Shown here in pieces: positions 57,853 through 64,000 of a stretch of 64,000 nt of DNA. How positions within the stretch are numbered: the stretch's first letter is position 1; each line of letters starts with the position of its first letter. This DNA comes from an uncultured Caulobacteraceae bacterium (GTDB lineage Bacteria; Pseudomonadota; Alphaproteobacteria; Caulobacterales; Caulobacteraceae): NCBI GenBank assembly GCA_947085575.1, contig CAMTXB010000029.1, forward strand, positions 3,241 through 67,240, read 5' to 3'. The notes under the pieces are model-generated. The model worked only from the letters and a program-made list of their open reading frames with translations, did not search any database and was not told the origin of the DNA. Position numbers and translations under genes: made by a program.

Positions 57853-57946
57853 GGTCCTTTCCGAACTGAATGCCTCGTTCTGATCGGAAAAAGTCTCAAA
57901 TCCTGAGGTTAGCGCCGCCCCTGTCGGGCGCCCCGAAACGACAGGG

Positions 57947-57980
57947 GCCCCGCCCCGGTCTGACCGGGGCGGGGCTTTCT
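57947..57980 (+). terminator. Intrinsic terminator
   Basis: GCCCCGCCCCGGTC/GACCGGGGCGGGGC followed by TTTCT. Confidence 0.75.
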
Positions 57981-58007
57981 GCAATGCTCGAAGGTCAGCC
58001 GGGGGGA

Positions 58008-58835
58008 TCAGGCCGCCGCGCGGTCGTCCGAGGCCAGGGCGAACAGGCCCCTTGCCCCCTCCATCGGTCTCAAGGCCTCCCCGCTGGTCAGGGCGTCCTC
58101 GTCAGCGCCGAACAGGACCTTGCCGCCCGGATTGAGGGCGGCGGCCAGGTTCTCGATCACCCTGTGGCGGGCGGGGTCGATCATGCCGCTGATGACGTTG
58201 CGACAGAAGATCAGATCAAATCCGCGGACCCTGGACATGTCTCCGATCAGGTTCAGCCTGCGCCAGCGTATGGTCTGGCGAAGCTGTGGCGAGATCACCC
58301 ACATGTCGTCAGCCTTCTCGAAGTGCCTGATCAGGCTGCGGATCGGCAGCCCCCTCTGGACTTCAAATTGGGTGTAAAGCCCGCTCTGGGCCTTTTCGAG
58401 GACCCGCTCCGACAGGTCAGACCCATAGAGCTCAAAGCGGGCTTCGGGCCACTGACCGGCCATCTCATCCACCACCATGGCGAGAGAATGGACCTCCTGC
58501 CCGGTGGCGCAGGCCGCGCTCCAGATCCGGATCGGCTGGTCCTGTCGCCGCTGGGCCAATTCGGGCGCCAGCACGAGGCGGAAGTGCTCAAAGGCCTCAG
58601 GATCCCGGAAGAAGCTGGTGTCCCCGGCGGCCATGGCTTCCACGATGGCCCAGATCAGCCGGTCCTCACGGCTGGCGCGCAGGCCAGCCATCAGGGCGGT
58701 GGTGCTCTCATACCCCTCCCGCCGCGCCACCGGGCCCAGACGTGTCTCCATCAGGTAGTCCTTGGCGGGATCAACCTTCTGGCCTGAGCGGGCGGCGCAG
58801 AGCTGAGCTACGAGGTCACGGTCCTCTGGCCTCAT
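58008..58835 (-). CDS. cheR: CheR family methyltransferase (divergent motifs)
   Basis: TSFFRD, IWSAAC.TGQE, G.D, FDLIFCRNV. Confidence 0.9.
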   Translation of the reverse strand: MRPEDRDLVAQLCAARSGQKVDPAKDYLMETRLGPVARREGYESTTALMAGLRASREDRLIWAIVEAMAAGDTSFFRDPEAFEHFRLVLAPELAQRRQDQPIRIWSAACATGQEVHSLAMVVDEMAGQWPEARFELYGSDLSERVLEKAQSGLYTQFEVQRGLPIRSLIRHFEKADDMWVISPQLRQTIRWRRLNLIGDMSRVRGFDLIFCRNVISGMIDPARHRVIENLAAALNPGGKVLFGADEDALTSGEALRPMEGARGLFALASDDRAAA

Positions 58836-59197
58836 GTCAGGCCGGCCTGGGCGAATTTCGCCGCCATGATCTCACTGTCGAAGGGCTTCATGATGTATTC
58901 ATCGGCCCCGCTTTCCAGCGCCTCGCGGATAGCCCCGACTTCGTTCTCAACGGTGCAGAAGATCACTTTCGGACCCTGGCCGCCCGGCTCCATCCGCAGC
59001 CCGCGCAGAAACTCAAGGCCATTCATCACCGGCATGTTCCAGTCGAGCAGCACCACCTCGGGCATGGTGCTGCGACACCAGGACAGGGCCTCAGCTCCGT
59101 CGGCGGCTTCCGCCACGTCGAAACCAAGGTCCTCCAGGATCCTGCGGGCGACCTTTCGGATCACCCGGCTGTCATCGACGATGAGGCACGTCCTCAA
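58832..59197 (-). CDS. cheY: Single-domain CheY-like response regulator
   Basis: VDDS, LDWNMP, T, KPF. Confidence 0.9.
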   Translation of the reverse strand: MRTCLIVDDSRVIRKVARRILEDLGFDVAEAADGAEALSWCRSTMPEVVLLDWNMPVMNGLEFLRGLRMEPGGQGPKVIFCTVENEVGAIREALESGADEYIMKPFDSEIMAAKFAQAGLT

Positions 59198-59338
59198 CCG
59201 AACACTCCCAATTTGACCTGGTCAGTTTTCGGGCCTGCTGGTTAAGGAGGCGTATGGTTTTGGCTGATCTGAGACAATCGCCACCCGATTTGGGGCAGGC
59301 GGGCCAACGGCCGTGAACGGGCCAGCCTGTGGCCGACC

Positions 59339-60034
59339 TCAGGCCGGCGGCTCAGAGGGCAGAGTGGCGGCGAAGGTGACCTTGTCTTCCCCGACTTCGG
59401 CGCCGATCCTGCCCCCAGCCTCGGTGACAAACAGGTGGACGTAATAGGCCTGGACCCAATGACCGTGCAGGGCGCCCTCAGGGACGGGCTCGCCCCGGAG
59501 GCCGGCGATCACCTCGGGGCGCAGACGTGGCCTGGGACCTGTGGAATCGACCAGGATCACGGTGGCGACGCCGTCCTTGACCACCCGGAGCTTGGCGACG
59601 CCGCCCACGGGCAGGGCCGCGCCGGCCATCTGCGCCATGTTCAGGATCGCCCGGGCGGAGGCCTTGTCCAGGCTGTCGGTCTCCACCAGCCACTCGAGTT
59701 CGGCGCGCTGATGAGCGAAAATCCCCTGCGCCAGGATTTCCAGCTCCCGGGGGTCGAACACCTCGGCTGAGGATGAGGCGCCATACGCCACCCGGGTGAA
59801 CGACAGCAGCTCGGCGAGCTTGCGCCCTGAGGCCGCGATCAGGCCCATGGCGTCCTCACGCATGTCCTGGGCGTCGGGGTCCTCCAGCAGGTCGAGGCCC
59901 GAAACGATGGCGCTCACCGGACTGATGAAGTCGTGACACAGGCGGGCGGTCAGAAAGGCGGCGATCTGCGCCGCCCCGGGGGGCGAAGCCAGGTCAGGGG
60001 CGAGCGGTTCAGAGGCGGTGGCGGAGTCGGTCAT
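59339..60034 (-). CDS. chpT: Histidine phosphotransferase ChpT
   Basis: ARLCHDFISPVSAIVSGLDLL, F.RVAYGA motifs; ATG 60034. Confidence 0.92.
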   Translation of the reverse strand: MTDSATASEPLAPDLASPPGAAQIAAFLTARLCHDFISPVSAIVSGLDLLEDPDAQDMREDAMGLIAASGRKLAELLSFTRVAYGASSSAEVFDPRELEILAQGIFAHQRAELEWLVETDSLDKASARAILNMAQMAGAALPVGGVAKLRVVKDGVATVILVDSTGPRPRLRPEVIAGLRGEPVPEGALHGHWVQAYYVHLFVTEAGGRIGAEVGEDKVTFAATLPSEPPA

Positions 60035-60290
60035 TGCCCGTAGACTGGCGTGATTGGTCCCGCCTGAGAAGGTCTTCGGATGGAGTTTTGTCGCGCCACG
60101 ACCGAGGGCGCGCGGAGATCTCGTTCGGTTGAACCAGGGTTGCGAGGCTCCGTTCAGCCACCCCCAGGGGGGGCGACGGCTGGGGCAGGCTGATGACCAG
60201 ATAGCCGCCAAATCCGGTGATGAAGGCCAGGGCCGCCAGCCACAGGATGGCGCTCAGGGGGTTGGGGGACGGAGGGTGACGGGGGTTCAT
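60009..60290 (-). CDS. Small hypothetical single-pass membrane protein
   Basis: GAGAGGGG RBS, TM segment LSAILWLAALAFITGFGGYLVI; overlaps the chpT start by 26 nt. Confidence 0.55.
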   Translation of the reverse strand: MNPRHPPSPNPLSAILWLAALAFITGFGGYLVISLPQPSPPLGVAERSLATLVQPNEISARPRSWRDKTPSEDLLRRDQSRQSTGNDRLRHRL

Positions 60291-60346
60291 GCCTGAATAA
60301 CCCCTCTCACCGGGCTTGGTTGCCCCTGTGCCGGGGTGCGGCAGTT

Positions 60347-60402
60347 TTTGCGAATGAATCGCATTGCGCTGCGCGGCGGGCGTGTTAATAATAACTCGCA
60401 AC
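60347..60402. promoter_or_regulatory. Two Fur-type 19-bp boxes
   Basis: TTTGCGAATGAATCGCATT (60347-65) and GTTAATAATAACTCGCAAC (60384-402). Confidence 0.6.
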
Positions 60403-60605
60403 AAATTCGGCGACTGTCCGTCCCCTGTCGCGCCTTCCCTTGGCGCTTACTCCCCGCCAAGTCCCTAGCCCCGCCAGGCAGCCCGCCCGGCGGGGCTTTT
60501 TGGCCGCACGCGGTTGGGTGAGGCCTTCGCCGGACTGTATGCGGGAAGGAATTCGGTTCATAAGCGCAGCCGAAACCCACTGCCGCAGATCATAGGAGGC
60601 GCGTC

Positions 60606-61796
60606 ATGGCTCTGGATTCCGGAACGGCTCAGAAGACCTTTCGCTGGGAGGATCCCCTCGATCTCGCCGCACGGCTTTCGGAGGATGAGGCGATGGTGTG
60701 GGCTTCGGCGCGGGCCTATTGCCGCGACAAGCTGCTCCCGCGTGTGGTCTCGGCCTATGCCGAGGAGCGCTTTGACCGGGAAATCATGCATGAGATGGGG
60801 GCCCTGGGCTTCCTGGGCCCGACCATCCCGGAGGAATATGGCGGGGCCGGGGTCAATCATGTGGCCTATGGCCTGATCGCCCGGGAGGTGGAGGCGATCG
60901 ATTCCGGCTACCGCTCGGCCATGAGCGTCCAGTCGTCCCTGGTCATGTACCCGATCTACGCCTTTGGCTCCGAAGCCCAGAAGCAGGCCTATCTGCCGGG
61001 CATGGCGCGGGGGGACATCATTGGCTGCTTTGGCCTCACCGAGGCCGATGGCGGCTCTGATCCAGCCTCCATGCGCACCGTCGCCAAGAAGGTCGACGGC
61101 GGCTTTGTGCTCAACGGCGCCAAGATGTGGATCACCAACAGCCCCATCAGCGATGTGGCCCTGGTCTGGGCCAAGCTGGACGGCGTCATCCGCGGCTTCC
61201 TGGTGGACCGGGGCTCAGAGGGCCTGACCACGCCAAAGATCGCCAATAAGCTGTCCCTGCGCGCCTCGGTGACCGGGGAAATCGCGCTTTCCGACGTGTT
61301 CGTGCCCGAGGACCAGATGCTGCCTGGCGTGTCGGGCCTGCGCGGGCCGTTCTCCTGTCTGAACAAGGCGCGCTACGGCATCGCCTGGGGCGCCATGGGG
61401 GCGGCGGAGTTCTGCCTGCATGCCAGCCGGGACTATGTGGCCAGCCGCCAGGTGTTCGGCAAACCCCTGGCCGCCCGACAGCTGGTCCAGAAAAAGCTGG
61501 CCGATATGCAGACCGAAATCGCCCTGGGCTTTGAAGGCGCCCTGGCCCTGGGCCGTCTGATCGACGAAGGCGCCTGGGTCCCCGAAGCCATCAGCCTGAT
61601 GAAGCGCAACAACTGCGGCAAGGCCCTGGCCATTGCCCGGGAGGCCCGGGACATCCACGGCGGCAACGGCATCAGCGGCGAATATCATGTGATGCGGCAC
61701 GCCTCCAATCTGGAGACCGTCAACACCTATGAGGGCGCCCACGATGTACACGCCCTGATCCTCGGCCGGGCCATCACGGGCGAGAACGCATTCTAG
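60606..61796 (+). CDS. Acyl-CoA dehydrogenase, glutaryl-CoA dehydrogenase-like
   Basis: [36 protein letters not shown]. Confidence 0.92.
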   Translation: MALDSGTAQKTFRWEDPLDLAARLSEDEAMVWASARAYCRDKLLPRVVSAYAEERFDREIMHEMGALGFLGPTIPEEYGGAGVNHVAYGLIAREVEAIDSGYRSAMSVQSSLVMYPIYAFGSEAQKQAYLPGMARGDIIGCFGLTEADGGSDPASMRTVAKKVDGGFVLNGAKMWITNSPISDVALVWAKLDGVIRGFLVDRGSEGLTTPKIANKLSLRASVTGEIALSDVFVPEDQMLPGVSGLRGPFSCLNKARYGIAWGAMGAAEFCLHASRDYVASRQVFGKPLAARQLVQKKLADMQTEIALGFEGALALGRLIDEGAWVPEAISLMKRNNCGKALAIAREARDIHGGNGISGEYHVMRHASNLETVNTYEGAHDVHALILGRAITGENAF

Positions 61797-61834
61797 GGAA
61801 TTTTCCGATAAATATGAAACGAAAGGCGCGTTCC

Positions 61835-61910
61835 TGGTGGAGCCGAGCGGAGTCGAACCGCTGACCTCCTCATTGCGAACGAGGCGCTCTACCAACTGAG
61901 CTACGGCCCC
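61835..61910 (-). tRNA. tRNA-Ala (anticodon CGC)
   Basis: GGGGCCGTAGCTCAGTTGGTAGAGCG CCTCG-TTCGCAA-TGAGG AGGTCAGCGGTTCGACTCCGCTCGGCTCCACCA, 76 nt, G3:U70, encoded CCA. Confidence 0.97.
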
Positions 61911-62053
61911 AGGAAGGCGGGGAGTTAGGCTTGCGGCGGATCGCTGTCAAGCCGCTCACAGGGGGCGTCCTGGCCCGCCGGGCCACGGCTCCGCCTTGTC
62001 AGGGGGGAGGCCCCGCGGCTAGAAGCAGCGCTCAGGACAGATCGGGACTACCT

Positions 62054-62368
62054 ATGGCCGCCATCATCAATTTCATCTTCTTCATCCTGTCGGCGCTCAT
62101 TGAGCTTCTGACCTGGGCGATCATCATCAATGCCGTGCTGTCCTGGCTGGTCGCCTTTGACGTGATCAATCTGCGCAACCGCTTCGTCTACAACATCGCC
62201 CGGGCCCTGGAGGCGGTCACCGCCCCGGTCATGCGCCCGGTACAGCGGATCATGCCGCCCCTGGGCGGGGTCGATATCAGCCCGATTATCGTCATTCTGA
62301 TTCTGATGGGGGTTCAGCGGTTCATTCTGCCGGCGATCCAGTCGACCCTGATCGGCCTGTTCATCTAG
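62054..62368 (+). CDS. yggT: YggT family membrane protein
   Basis: LSWLVAF.VIN.RN, T.P..RP..RIMP.LGGVDISPI. Confidence 0.93.
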   Translation: MAAIINFIFFILSALIELLTWAIIINAVLSWLVAFDVINLRNRFVYNIARALEAVTAPVMRPVQRIMPPLGGVDISPIIVILILMGVQRFILPAIQSTLIGLFI

Positions 62369-62378
62369 GGTCTTGCCC

Positions 62379-62486
62379 ATGCGCCTGGCGGTGCGGCTGA
62401 CCCCCCGCGGCGGACGACTGAAGCTGGTGGAGATCGCCGATCTGCGGGAAGACGACATCGTCCGCGCCCCTGGATCGCCACCTTGA
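62379..62486 (+). pseudogene. Internally deleted DUF167 (YggU) remnant, 35 aa
   Basis: MRLAVRLTPRGGR fused directly to LKLVEIAD..., i.e. the N- and C-terminal ends of DUF167 at the usual position after yggT. Confidence 0.75.
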
Positions 62487-62520
62487 GGTGATGCTGATGA
62501 CCCGCCCCTGGAGGACCCCC

Positions 62521-63036
62521 ATGCTGAAGTCCCTGCCCTGGCTGATCCCGCTCGCCCTTGTCCTGAGCCTCAGCGCCTGCGCCGGCGCCCCCCAGCGCCT
62601 GGACGCGGCCGGCGACGTCCATACCCTGCTGACCGCCATCCGCGACGGGGATGAGGCGACCTTTGAGCGCCATGTGGACCGCCAGGCCCTGCGGGGCCAG
62701 ATCGAGGCCCGCATCGCCGCCGAGACCACCCGCGCCGGGGGCAATGACGAGATGCGGGCGCTCGGCGCCCTGCTTGGCCCGGCCATCGCCAAGGCCGCCA
62801 GCGAACAGCTGGTCCGGCCGCAGGTGTTCCGCGGGGTGGCCGAATATTATGGCTATGACGCGAGCCAGCCCCTGCCCGGCCGCATGGCCATCGCCGGCGC
62901 CCTGCGCGCCCTGGACGATGGCCGGGTCTGCGCCACGCGGGACAAGGACGGTCCCTGCCTGCTGATCTTCACAGAGACCGAGGGCGTGTGGCGGCTGTCG
63001 GGTTTCGAGGGCGACATCGACATGCTGCGCCGCTGA
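62521..63036 (+). CDS. Lipoprotein, DUF2939-like
   Basis: Lipobox LSAC, AIRDGD...FERHVD..ALR.Q; GGAGG RBS. Confidence 0.75.
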   Translation: MLKSLPWLIPLALVLSLSACAGAPQRLDAAGDVHTLLTAIRDGDEATFERHVDRQALRGQIEARIAAETTRAGGNDEMRALGALLGPAIAKAASEQLVRPQVFRGVAEYYGYDASQPLPGRMAIAGALRALDDGRVCATRDKDGPCLLIFTETEGVWRLSGFEGDIDMLRR

Positions 63037-63069
63037 GGTAGTCTGTCTTCAGGTCTGGGGGGCGACGGC

Positions 63070-63883
63070 ATGGCGGCGGTTGAGCTGGAAGGCTTCGAGC
63101 GGTTCGAGTTTGATGACGGCCGGTGGGTCCGGCCGGTCTATCGGCGGGGATCTGGCCCCGCAGTCATCGTCATCCACGAGATGCCTGGCCTGCATCCGCA
63201 GGTCCTGGCCTTCGCCGAGCGGCTGGCGGAGGCCGGGCTCAGCGCCTGGTGCCCCAGCCTGTTCGGCGAACCGGGCAAGACGGTGAGCCATGGCTATCTG
63301 GCGGCCGAGCTCCTGAAGGCCATCTGCGTGCGCCGGGAGTTCCACGTCTGGGCCACCGACAAGTCCAGCCCCATCGTCGGACTGGCTGCGCGCCCTGGCC
63401 CGTCAGGCCCATGCCGAGTGCGGCGGCCGTGGGGTCGGCGCGGTGGGCATGTGCTTCACCGGCGGGTTCGCCCTGGCCATGATGACCGAACCGGCCGTGG
63501 TGGCCCCGGTGCTGGCCCAGCCCTCCCTGCCGCTTGCCGCCGGCTCCCGGGCCCGGGCGGCGGCCCTGGGGGTCAGTCCCGCAGAGATCGCCTGCGCCCG
63601 GGCGCGGTTTGAAGCCGAGGACCTGTCCATGATCGGCCTGCGCTTCAAGGGTGACGCCATGGTCGGCCAGGCCCGGTTCGACCGCTACCGGGCCGAGTTC
63701 GGCGATCGCTTCGAGGCTATCGAGCTGGAGGACGCCGACGCCGCCCCCTCCCCCATCGCGCCGCACTCGACCCTGACCCTGCACCTGGCGCCCGATGGGC
63801 CGACCAAGGCCGCCGAGACCCGGGTGATCGACTTCTTCCGCCAGCGCACGGGGGTCCTGGTTCCCCCCGCAGCCGAGGCCTAG
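63070..63883 (+). pseudogene. Dienelactone hydrolase family gene with a +1 frameshift at 63379-63380
   Basis: HEMPG N-terminal half and GMCFTGG nucleophile half are in different frames; removing one G gives KSSPIVDWLRALARQAHAECGGRGVGAVGMCF. Confidence 0.85.
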
Positions 63884-64000
63884 ACTTTATGGGGTCAGAC
63901 CCCTAGAAGCGCGCCCTTCCCTGCGCCGGGCGTTCGAGCCGCCGGCCAGGCCAGATCCTGCGAGAGCCTCGCCATGAAGCGCCGTCCCCCCTCCCGCACC

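Noticed and set aside
57895-57945. Hammerhead-like CTGA...GAAA spacing
   Set aside because: Core CUGANGA is not matched and the stems do not form the three-way junction
61797-61910. tRNA-Ala as an integration site
   Set aside because: No integrase and no duplicated tRNA 3' end seen in the window
63891-64000. GGGGTCAGACCCC palindrome and possible gene end at the window edge
   Set aside because: Single copy in the window and too little sequence to call a repeat family or CDS
1-64000. CRISPR arrays, transposases, prophage or defence genes
   Set aside because: No spaced direct repeats or recognisable mobile/defence proteins seen; content is core genome

Overview
GC-rich alphaproteobacterial core-genome segment, most likely Caulobacteraceae (Phenylobacterium/Caulobacter-like, judged from gene content and order). 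It carries htpX (partial), a split nrdA/nrdB locus with NrdR boxes and a perfect CtrA box, a yybP-ykoY Mn riboswitch ahead of a TMEM165/UPF0016 exporter, a poly-Pro OmpA, hisS-hisZ-hisG, pgi, a DsbD/ScsB plus redoxin pair, aguAB, an Oar-like TonB-dependent receptor, scoAB, a CpaL/TadG-like vWA pilin, alpha-2-macroglobulin plus pbpC, and a large general stress response (GSR) cluster (phyR-nepR-sigT-phyK, HWE kinase, DUF883, SOD, entericidin) with several GGAAC-N16/17-CGTT promoters. It ends with chpT-cheY-cheR, an acyl-CoA dehydrogenase, tRNA-Ala(CGC) and yggT. I saw no mobile element, prophage or CRISPR array. The most interesting signals are absent from the ORF track: (1) an apparently leaderless His-rich 25-aa leader ORF plus alternative RNA helices that can hide the Shine-Dalgarno (SD) of a second uORF coupled to hisS, a candidate translational attenuator; (2) a ~135-140-nt structured sRNA downstream of hisG; (3) twin Fur-type boxes ahead of a small membrane ORF directly upstream of chpT; (4) a SigT-driven membrane protein/lipid kinase/phosphoesterase operon; (5) an internally deleted yggU and a frameshifted dienelactone hydrolase. 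All calls were made by eye with no database search; comparisons with C. crescentus are from memory and need checking.
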